A DNA stretch of 24,333 nucleotides from a virus (taxonomy: Duplodnaviria > Caudoviricetes). The notes beneath the pieces are model-generated. The model worked only from the letters and a program-made list of their open reading frames with translations. It had not been told where the DNA came from and did not search any database. Made by a program: the position numbers and the translations under genes. Location: IMG/VR virus record IMGVR_UViG_3300012352_000234, positions 1 through 24,333 of that record. One strand, given 5' to 3'. Every line of letters begins with the position of its first letter. Within the stretch, counting starts at the first letter, position 1. Below, piece after piece: positions 18,456 to 24,333 of this stretch.

Positions 18456-19003
18456 GCCCACCCATCAAATATTTTAGGTTTTACATCACACTTGATTGAC
18501 TTTGACCACTTCGGACTATTCTTTTTGTTGAGGCCACTGAGTTCTAATTCACCAAACCAAGTGAAATCCCAGAACCTAAATCCAAACATTGGTAGACTAC
18601 CTTCTTCAATAAAACCAAAGGCAATTGCGGTATTGAGTGTTGCGGCATCTTCAATGCTTTCATGGAAGAAACCAGCACTGAATTTCTTTTCAAACTTTAC
18701 TGGGTCTTTTTTGAGATTGGCGTTTGTTTCAAGTATTTGACGATAGAATGGAAATTCTCTGTATTCAACTGGAATATTGCGTAGCCATCTGGCTGGTTCG
18801 AAGTGGTTGAGTATTGGAGCAATGAATGTGCGTTGATTTCCACTATCATCAGTGAACAGCAAATTCACCTTGTATCTGCTTGCATTCTCTTTTTCTCCGT
18901 TGTCAAACAAGTTGAAATAGATTTTAGAGTAGTCGTCTTCGTTTATCAACTTATTCGTTGTCTTCATTTGATAGGTTCCTATCGCGTCAGTTACGTCTTT
19001 CAT
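18452..19003 (-). CDS. Hypothetical protein (183 aa) next to the putative origin
   Basis: AAAAGGAAAA RBS; no recognisable motif. Confidence 0.75.
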   Translation of the reverse strand: MKDVTDAIGTYQMKTTNKLINEDDYSKIYFNLFDNGEKENASRYKVNLLFTDDSGNQRTFIAPILNHFEPARWLRNIPVEYREFPFYRQILETNANLKKDPVKFEKKFSAGFFHESIEDAATLNTAIAFGFIEEGSLPMFGFRFWDFTWFGELELSGLNKKNSPKWSKSIKCDVKPKIFDGWA

Positions 19004-19131
19004 TTTTCATTTTCCTTTTCTGATTTGCATTTGCTCAGTTTGCTTCTGTCTTCTCTTTCGTTCTCCCCCCAATAGGGGAGTGCGTAGCACTCGTGTTTGC
19101 GTTTTCGTGTTTGAGTTATTTCGTTTTTCAT
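19000..19131 (-). CDS. 43-aa leader-type ORF (MKNEITQTRKRKHECYALPYWGENEREDRSKLSKCKSEKENEK), not in the ORF track
   Basis: GGAG close upstream (short spacing); its TGA overlaps the ATG of the 183-aa gene (ATGA). Confidence 0.45.
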   Translation of the reverse strand: MKNEITQTRKRKHECYALPYWGENEREDRSKLSKCKSEKENEK

Positions 19132-19149
19132 TTTCTCCGTTTTATTACA

Positions 19150-19189
19150 TGTTCTCTTGTTCTACTGTTCTAATGTTATAATGTTCTAT
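19150..19189. repeat. Five tandem 8-bp repeats, consensus TGTTCTAN (iteron-like)
   Basis: TGTTCTCT TGTTCTAC TGTTCTAA TGTTATAA TGTTCTAT. Confidence 0.85.
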
Positions 19190-19214
19190 AGATGGGTGAT
19201 TTTTGAGTAGAGCA

Positions 19215-19243
19215 AGTAAGGAGAATCACTCCTTCTCCTTACT
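19215..19243 (-). other. 11-bp leader hairpin at the 5' end of the transcript, loop GGAGTGA
   Basis: AGTAAGGAGAA-GGAGTGA-TTCTCCTTACT perfect inverted repeat right after the promoters; no U-tract. Confidence 0.75.
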
Positions 19244-19245
19244 AT

Positions 19246-19282
19246 TATTTATCATAATAGCACAAAAAGGCTTCATAATCAA
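19246..19282 (-). promoter_or_regulatory. Tandem promoters: sigma70 TTGATT-N17-TATTAT with extended TG, then late-type GATAAATA (19246-19253)
   Basis: -35 at 19282-19277, -10 at 19259-19254, TGn extension, T-rich upstream tract. Confidence 0.7.
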
Positions 19283-19294
19283 GAAAAAAATAAG

Positions 19295-19326
19295 AAAAAC
19301 CCCGTAGTAACTGACATACTACGGGG
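19295..19326 (-). terminator. Intrinsic terminator
   Basis: CCCCGTAGTA-TGTCAGT-TACTACGGGG-TTTTT. Confidence 0.9.
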
Positions 19327-19368
19327 CTTGAAGGTAAAATGAAAAACGAAACAGATAATCTCAGTTCA
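19295..19368 (-). ncRNA. Putative antisense sRNA2 with anti-start-codon seed UUUCGUUUUUCAUUUUACCUU
   Basis: Lies between TATAAATA (19374-19381) and a terminator; 16-nt and 14-nt perfect complements to two gene starts. Confidence 0.6.
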
Positions 19369-19373
19369 TATTT

Positions 19374-19381
19374 TATTTATA
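19374..19381 (-). promoter_or_regulatory. Exact T4 late promoter consensus TATAAATA driving putative sRNA2
   Basis: Intergenic, 47 nt before a terminator stem, no credible ORF between. Confidence 0.65.
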
Positions 19382-19404
19382 CTACATTTGCACACATATG
19401 TCAA

Positions 19405-19860
19405 TTACTTTTTTGACTTATATGTGCCTTTTGTTATTTTTGGCATCATGAGGTCAGATATTTTGTATTTGTTTTTGAAGTCTCGTCTCTTGCCATAATA
19501 TGGAGGAATTGAATCCCACTCTGCTTTAAGTGCATTGGCTTCATCCTGAGTAAAGCGATAATCAGAACCACCTTTTCTCCAAAACTCACTGCCCTTTGTT
19601 GCGATTTCATAGTGATCTGGATTGACACAATTTACATTATCACATTGATTGACCACACGCTGATTGTGTTTGAGTTCAGTGCCAATCTTATCTTCTTTGA
19701 ACAGACGAGCCGCAATATGCATTTGTCCCTCGTATCGGCACATAGGATATCCCTGAGAATGATGTCCCCCATTCCATTCCCAGCAACCAGTAGTCAAATC
19801 TTCAATGACGTATGCTTCAATCAATTGATCAACGCATGTTACAACTTTTAGTCTGCCCAT
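19405..19860 (-). CDS. HNH/His-Cys (zinc-binding loop) endonuclease-like protein, probably catalytically inactive, with C-terminal HTH-like region
   Basis: GCWEWNG..GY and CDNVNCVNPDH retained; usual AHR and HxCDN histidines replaced (AAR, NQCDN). Confidence 0.75.
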   Translation of the reverse strand: MGRLKVVTCVDQLIEAYVIEDLTTGCWEWNGGHHSQGYPMCRYEGQMHIAARLFKEDKIGTELKHNQRVVNQCDNVNCVNPDHYEIATKGSEFWRKGGSDYRFTQDEANALKAEWDSIPPYYGKRRDFKNKYKISDLMMPKITKGTYKSKK

Positions 19861-19861
19861 A

Positions 19862-20095
19862 TTATTTTCCTTTTATTATTTTTAACATTACCAGATATGT
19901 AAATGTATCACAAAACTCATCGCTCGTATAGTTATATTTATCGCAGAATGAAATGGCATCTAAAAAGACGCCATCCAAGTTTTCTTTTAATTCATAACCA
20001 TTTTGTTTTACGACTGATACGGCATTCAATATGTTTGATACGTAAGGACCATGCATTAGTAATAATCTGGCATATTCACTATCATAATCATACAT
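19862..20095 (-). CDS. Hypothetical protein (77 aa), probable paralog of the upstream gene
   Basis: AAAGGAAA RBS; N-terminus DYDSEYARLLL. Confidence 0.65.
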   Translation of the reverse strand: MYDYDSEYARLLLMHGPYVSNILNAVSVVKQNGYELKENLDGVFLDAISFCDKYNYTSDEFCDTFTYLVMLKIIKGK

Positions 20096-20399
20096 CACTT
20101 ATTTCCTTTGTAACATGAATTGATACGATTGGTGTATTCTTTGAAGTTGTAATGATTAGGTTTTCAAAGTGAGTTCCATACTTTTGTAGAAACTTGATGA
20201 CTTCAACCACACATTCCTGTTGGTCTTTCATTACATCAAATTGATAGTTTATTCTTTTTGACTTGTAAGTAAAGTCATACTCACTTGTAATATCAACTTG
20301 CATATCAAATGGATTCTTACTGTCAAGTAATGTGTAAAATCTCATAAAGTCTTTTTCATACACAAATAGTAGTCTGGCTAGTTCGCTTTCATATTCCAT
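20088..20399 (-). CDS. Hypothetical protein (103 aa, start MEYESELARLLF)
   Basis: GGAG RBS 6 nt upstream of ATG 20399, immediately after the stop of the 122-aa gene. Confidence 0.7.
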   Translation of the reverse strand: MEYESELARLLFVYEKDFMRFYTLLDSKNPFDMQVDITSEYDFTYKSKRINYQFDVMKDQQECVVEVIKFLQKYGTHFENLIITTSKNTPIVSIHVTKEISDV

Positions 20400-20400
20400 A

Positions 20401-20769
20401 TTATTCTCCAATGCTGAATAGATCGTTTCCAAAGATATTATTATCACTTGGACGTTGAGGTTTGTCAATAGTGCCATATAGTTTAAAGTTCTTTGTTTCT
20501 TCGGCTGTCAGTGCTTCGGCCAATACTGGAATACTATCTCCGTCAATCAAATTGTTGTCAAGTATCTTGATTCCAGTGTAAACTCCCCATACTTTATTTA
20601 GCACATTGCTCCAATTGGCCATATTTTTGAAGCCAACACCAATATATGTGTGGTGCTGTTTTCCTGTCTCTACTTCCTTAAAAATGACTATTTTATAGTC
20701 AGGATTTACGGCTATTTTGGACTTTTTCCAGTCAGAAACGCTTATTAGAACGAAATATTTGTTTTTCAT
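20401..20769 (-). CDS. Hypothetical protein (122 aa, beta-rich)
   Basis: AAAGGAG RBS; first gene after a terminator and a CTAAATA box. Confidence 0.75.
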   Translation of the reverse strand: MKNKYFVLISVSDWKKSKIAVNPDYKIVIFKEVETGKQHHTYIGVGFKNMANWSNVLNKVWGVYTGIKILDNNLIDGDSIPVLAEALTAEETKNFKLYGTIDKPQRPSDNNIFGNDLFSIGE

Positions 20770-20797
20770 TTTACACTCCTTTATTTTTGTTCTCTAT

Positions 20798-20805
20798 TAT
20801 TTAGC
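20798..20805 (-). promoter_or_regulatory. Late-type box GCTAAATA
   Basis: Intergenic, 28 nt upstream of ATG 20769. Confidence 0.55.
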
Positions 20806-20833
20806 ATATAGGTCAAAAAAATGGCTAAAATGC

Positions 20834-20867
20834 AAAAAAACCGAGGGTTTTTTACTTCCCTCGGTTT
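20834..20867 (-). terminator. Intrinsic terminator
   Basis: AAACCGAGGG-AAGTAAAAAA-CCCTCGG-TTTTTTT. Confidence 0.85.
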
Positions 20868-20909
20868 CTCATAATATATTGGAGCATAATGGATATTTTC
20901 GGTCTATCC
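20834..20909 (-). ncRNA. Putative antisense sRNA3 with anti-SD plus anti-AUG seed UCCAUUAUGCUCCAAU
   Basis: GATAAATA at 20915-20922, 5' hairpin TGGATA/TATCCA, seed, terminator; same spacing as sRNA1 and sRNA2. Confidence 0.45.
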
Positions 20910-21386
20910 AATATTATTTATCAAAGATTTATAACATTCATAAAGAATATCATCTTCATTCTTGTCAAAAACACAACATAATTGCTTTATTGTGATTCCT
21001 TTTTTCAAAACTTCATAAAGATTTACATTTTCATTCTGAAGTTCTGGGTATTCAAGTATTATTATGTCTTTTGATTTTATTTTATGCGTTGTCTTTTGAA
21101 ACACTGCATGAGCATAATGGGGATACTGTGTTGCTTTTTCAAAATCATCTTTTGTTCGCAACACAATTACTTTCAGTTTTTGAGGTGAAAAGTTGTATCC
21201 GCCATTTACGCCATCCTTAAACATTTGTTTTGCAATCTTTTTATTCACTATCATTGCACCATAATATGATGGATATGGATGATATGGATGTGTGTCATAG
21301 ATTGAATATCCACTTTTTCCACAGGTGAATATTGGATTTGATTTATACTTGATCTCTTTATAGTCAATATAGTCCCAAGTGGACAT
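20904..21386 (-). CDS. Hypothetical protein (160 aa, start MSTWDY)
   Basis: GAGGT RBS; begins 7 nt after the stop of the upstream gene. Confidence 0.7.
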   Translation of the reverse strand: MSTWDYIDYKEIKYKSNPIFTCGKSGYSIYDTHPYHPYPSYYGAMIVNKKIAKQMFKDGVNGGYNFSPQKLKVIVLRTKDDFEKATQYPHYAHAVFQKTTHKIKSKDIIILEYPELQNENVNLYEVLKKGITIKQLCCVFDKNEDDILYECYKSLINNIG

Positions 21387-21393
21387 AATTACC

Positions 21394-21984
21394 TCATGTT
21401 GTTGATATTGCGGCCCCGAAAGATATTCGTCTCCAATTTGTTCCATCAAAGACTGCTAGGCAAGGACTGCCAGCATCGCCATCTGAACAATATGCAGTGC
21501 TACCTTCGCCTTGGAAACCAAGTGCATTTAGAGTAGCGGTGTCAATTTGCCCCAAACGAACAATCCAATTCAATGTCAGAAAGTTATTGATTGTAGTTGA
21601 CCAACCGTCAAATGAAATGTTTGTATTGGTAGTTGCAGTTGTTGCATTATAAAGTTGAATTGAACCAGATGCATCTCCGTCATAAGTTCCAGTATAATTT
21701 AATGACATAAAACTTACATCGTTGGCTGCTGGATAAACAGGTGTGTTTACCAACTTTATTTGATTTAGATTGTAATCGTCAATAACAGTTACTACACGAT
21801 CATCTGTGTAATAAAGATTGAGTGTGCCTTCTGTAACATCGTCAGTTGTAAATGCACCAAGACTTGAAATATATCCTTCGTCATTAATAAACTTTGAAAT
21901 GTTGATAGTATCGCTTAGTTTTTCTTCTGTAACCGCACCATCAATAATATCAGCGGTTGTTGTTGGCAAAATAATTGTAGCCAT
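21394..21984 (-). CDS. Short tail fibre-like virion protein (196 aa, start MATII)
   Basis: DGAVTEEKL and TTDDVTEG..NLYYT fibre repeats, C-terminal AYCSDGDAGSPCLAVFDGTNW; AAGGAG RBS. Confidence 0.65.
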   Translation of the reverse strand: MATIILPTTTADIIDGAVTEEKLSDTINISKFINDEGYISSLGAFTTDDVTEGTLNLYYTDDRVVTVIDDYNLNQIKLVNTPVYPAANDVSFMSLNYTGTYDGDASGSIQLYNATTATTNTNISFDGWSTTINNFLTLNWIVRLGQIDTATLNALGFQGEGSTAYCSDGDAGSPCLAVFDGTNWRRISFGAAISTT

Positions 21985-22026
21985 TTTTGTCTCCTTTGTT
22001 GAAGGGAGCCTCTCCTCTCCCTCCAA

Positions 22027-22034
22027 TATTTATG
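22027..22034 (-). promoter_or_regulatory. Late-type box CATAAATA followed by a leader hairpin
   Basis: Intergenic; AGGGAG/CTCCCT stem at about 22003-22022. Confidence 0.55.
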
Positions 22035-22043
22035 GTTTGGAAA

Positions 22044-23444
22044 TTAGTGGTCTGTGTCGTCCTTATTGTTGATAATAATACTTTGGTTATTATCCCAATA
22101 CACCAGTGGATCATATTCTTTCAGTGTCAATTCCATAGTATGGTCACTTGTAAGAATTTGACCAGTGATACGATACAACTTTTCAGTTTGACCCAACGTA
22201 TCATTACTGAATTTTACAACATCACCAACCGTTGTTTCCATAAGTTGAGTTGTAGTAATAACATTCAACTGACCACTTTGACGGCTTTGGTTTATTTCTT
22301 CTGTTGCTATTCGTTCAACCATTGTGCCACTTGTTGTATGACGGAAATCAATGTCGGCCTTCAACTTAACACCATCAGTAGTTCGTAGTGTTGAAGATTT
22401 TACAATAACAAAGTTCTCTTTGTAGTTGTAATCCGCATCATTCTCATCTGGAAACTTGGCTCTTATTTCATTCAATAAGGAACGCTTGTTGGCTTGTAGA
22501 TATGTAATATTGCCAATAATCATATCATCATTGATGTGATACAGATTTGATGTTGGCAATGGTCTATCTGGCAATAGTTGATATTTTTCACTTGTAGCAA
22601 TACTTGAACGACAAGCCAATAGAAGTTCTTGTAGATTGTCAAACATCTTTTGTTCTGTATCAATATATGCGTTTACAACATATCGCTTTTCGGTTGTGCT
22701 ATCACTATTTGTTACAGTTTCTTCGTAATAGTTGTATGCATCTTCAAGTTTATTCAAATCAATCAGACTTGTAGAAATACCTTTTCCATAAAATGTGCTT
22801 GTCATGTAGTCAGTAATAACTAATGCTGGATTTCTACTGTATCCCATTGCCCCTGTTATTGGATTGAATACTCTTCTTCCACGAATTGTTACTGTTACTT
22901 CTGGCAAGCCTGAATCATATGCATCTTCGTCATAAGTCATTTTTAGATACAGATATGCCAAATTTCTTCCGACATGGGCAGAAGTCCAACCAACATTTTC
23001 AGCAACTAATGATGCACATGCAGTTGTCTGACTTCCTTTGTATGCTTCAACAGCCAACTTTCCTCCATATCCATTATGGTAGGTCCAAGTTGTTCCGCCA
23101 TCTGCACTTGATGCTGCAAGTTCATCATTGAACCATACCTTATCAATACCTTCAACTGGTCCTTCACATAACGTGAATATCATATGGAGTTTGCTGTTCT
23201 TACTTCCATTTGATGCCATAAATGTTCTATGACCACCAAGTCTTCTTTCACCGTAAACTATTGGTATTGCTGCTGAACTACCTTCTTTATTGAGTAGTGT
23301 TCCAGTTATTGGTTCTGGCATCAATGCCTTTTGAGCAAGATACAAAGCACCAACAACAACCACAGCACCAACGATAACTGCTACTGTTCCTGCAAATCCA
23401 AGGAACCCTCCTACTGCTGCGAATACTGCGACCGCCTGTGGCAT
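22044..23444 (-). CDS. Tail tip / host-specificity J-like protein (466 aa, compact)
   Basis: IPIVYGERRLGG, LCEGPVEGI, GLPEVTVTIRGRRV, YSRNPALVITDYM, VGDVV motifs. Confidence 0.85.
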   Translation of the reverse strand: MPQAVAVFAAVGGFLGFAGTVAVIVGAVVVVGALYLAQKALMPEPITGTLLNKEGSSAAIPIVYGERRLGGHRTFMASNGSKNSKLHMIFTLCEGPVEGIDKVWFNDELAASSADGGTTWTYHNGYGGKLAVEAYKGSQTTACASLVAENVGWTSAHVGRNLAYLYLKMTYDEDAYDSGLPEVTVTIRGRRVFNPITGAMGYSRNPALVITDYMTSTFYGKGISTSLIDLNKLEDAYNYYEETVTNSDSTTEKRYVVNAYIDTEQKMFDNLQELLLACRSSIATSEKYQLLPDRPLPTSNLYHINDDMIIGNITYLQANKRSLLNEIRAKFPDENDADYNYKENFVIVKSSTLRTTDGVKLKADIDFRHTTSGTMVERIATEEINQSRQSGQLNVITTTQLMETTVGDVVKFSNDTLGQTEKLYRITGQILTSDHTMELTLKEYDPLVYWDNNQSIIINNKDDTDH

Positions 23445-23864
23445 TTATGTTCTCCTAAATGTTGTGAAATGAGTATTCAAATCATACACATTTGCAAGTT
23501 TTATTTTATTTGTTTCTTCATCGCCTACAAGGACAACTTGACTGTAAATGACTGGAAAATAAACATCAAATCCATTTATGTCTTTTACTTTTACGATGTC
23601 GCCTTCACCTACATGGTTAGTCTGAACTTCTTTGTATCCACAATCTGCCATACATTCTTCCACACTCTTTGGCATATTTCGGTCAATACGTAAGGCACCA
23701 ATGGCGTTATCGTATGTTCCTCTGAGTGCTTTTATTTCTTTTGGCATATCCCATTGAGCATAAAGTTGTAGAAATTCAGCAAGTATCCATCGGCAATCCC
23801 GAACTCCCCATTCAAAAGGTTTGTTTACCATTCCGTCAGCCCACATAGATATTACTTTCCTCAT
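23445..23864 (-). CDS. NlpC/P60-like tail assembly protein (lambda gpK position), 139 aa
   Basis: PFEWGVRDC and GDIV motifs; lies between hub and J-like genes; ATGA overlap. Confidence 0.7.
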   Translation of the reverse strand: MRKVISMWADGMVNKPFEWGVRDCRWILAEFLQLYAQWDMPKEIKALRGTYDNAIGALRIDRNMPKSVEECMADCGYKEVQTNHVGEGDIVKVKDINGFDVYFPVIYSQVVLVGDEETNKIKLANVYDLNTHFTTFRRT

Positions 23865-24333
23865 GCTCTGCCCCATTTTAGGTCTTTAATATTATCCATA
23901 GCGAACTGAAAGAACCTATCACCAGGAAATAATACTTGTTGCTCACTATCGTTAGTATGGCGACCATTTGTTGCGTCAAAGTCAATCCAGTGAGATGATG
24001 CAGACACTTTGAGTGTTGCGGTTCTTGAACTGAAATCTTCGGCAATCGCTGGCGCATCCATTCTGCCATCAAATACAAGGAATGGATTTCCAATGACTCG
24101 ACTATTATCATCCAATATTGCACGATAAACAACGATACGTCTATCAATGTAATTATAATCAAGGAATAACTTGACAAACTTACTTTCAACTGCTGATACA
24201 GTAATATCAACCTTTTCAATAGTAAGTCTGTCTTCTTCTGTAATATCAGACATAGACATCATACCTCCTGTTGAGAGGTATGTGTGTCCATTTGCAGTTA
24301 TGTTGTATGCCGCATCAGTCAGATATGTAGTTT
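23861..24333 (-). CDS. Tail hub/minor tail protein (DUF2163/gpL position), C-terminal part; 5' end is at 95..1
   Basis: Frame open to the window end (TTYLTDAAYNITANGHTYLSTGG...); FDGRMD and QQVLFPGDRFFQF...LKWG motifs. Confidence 0.8.
   Translation of the reverse strand, partial: TTYLTDAAYNITANGHTYLSTGGMMSMSDITEEDRLTIEKVDITVSAVESKFVKLFLDYNYIDRRIVVYRAILDDNSRVIGNPFLVFDGRMDAPAIAEDFSSRTATLKVSASSHWIDFDATNGRHTNDSEQQVLFPGDRFFQFAMDNIKDLKWGRA

Larger units (their letters stand above)
1..24333 (-). mobile_element. Near-complete or complete small tailed phage genome (siphovirus-like), circularly permuted
   Basis: Full head, packaging and tail gene set on one strand; one ORF spans the window end and window start. 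Confidence 0.9.

Noticed and set aside
19339-19500. Plus-strand ORF MKNETDNLSS... with AAGGT upstream, and a similar 30-aa ORF after GGAGCATAATG at 20881
   Set aside because: Both start right after a hairpin with no plus-strand promoter and run antisense into real genes; better explained as the mirror image of anti-RBS sRNA seeds, though not excluded.
9304-20600. TAAATA copies inside coding regions (about 9304, 11860, 14177, 19935, 20595)
   Set aside because: Expected by chance in AT-rich coding DNA; no adjacent gene start or terminator.
9449-20829. TGGCTAAA at 9449, 12877 and 20822 as an operator or pac motif
   Set aside because: Only 8 nt, at inconsistent positions relative to promoters and starts; cannot be separated from chance by eye.
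151-23693. Plus-strand and nested ORFs in the six-frame track
   Set aside because: They are antisense or off-frame shadows of well-supported minus-strand genes, with no convincing RBS or motif.
9915-23876. Longer upstream starts in the ORF track (9980, 12541, 16797, 17964, 20477, 21449, 22026, 23876)
   Set aside because: They overlap upstream genes or promoters; downstream ATGs have proper RBSs or stop-start overlaps.
1-24333. Alternative genetic code, introns, inteins or tRNA genes
   Set aside because: Genes tile densely in the standard code with TAA, TGA and TAG all used as stops; terL, portal and capsid are uninterrupted; no cloverleaf seen.

Overview
The window appears to be a complete, circularly permuted ~24.3 kb genome of a small long-tailed (siphovirus-like) phage. 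The gene cut at the right end continues at the left end if one terminal T is redundant. All protein genes are on the minus strand. There is a full virion kit: terS, terL, portal, scaffold, a 265-aa major capsid protein, adaptor, terminator, tail tube, a tail chaperone with a -1 frameshift, tape measure, a much enlarged Dit-like protein, hub, NlpC/P60-like and J-like tip proteins, plus collagen-like and DUF285-type fibre proteins. A ~4.3 kb non-structural block (17.1-21.4 kb) holds a GIY-YIG nuclease, an apparently inactivated HNH/His-Cys protein, an exported protein and several unknowns. I recognise no DNA polymerase, primase, helicase, integrase, repressor, sigma factor or endolysin. Nearly every transcription unit starts with (A/C)TAAATA, matching the T4 gp55-type late promoter TATAAATA, which suggests dependence on a T4-like helper phage. 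Three ORF-free ~75-nt units share one design: TAAATA box, ~45-50 nt, intrinsic terminator. Each carries sequence complementary to translation-start regions of the phage's own non-structural genes, suggesting a set of late trans-acting antisense sRNAs. All assignments come from reading the sequence by eye; no database search or folding program was run.
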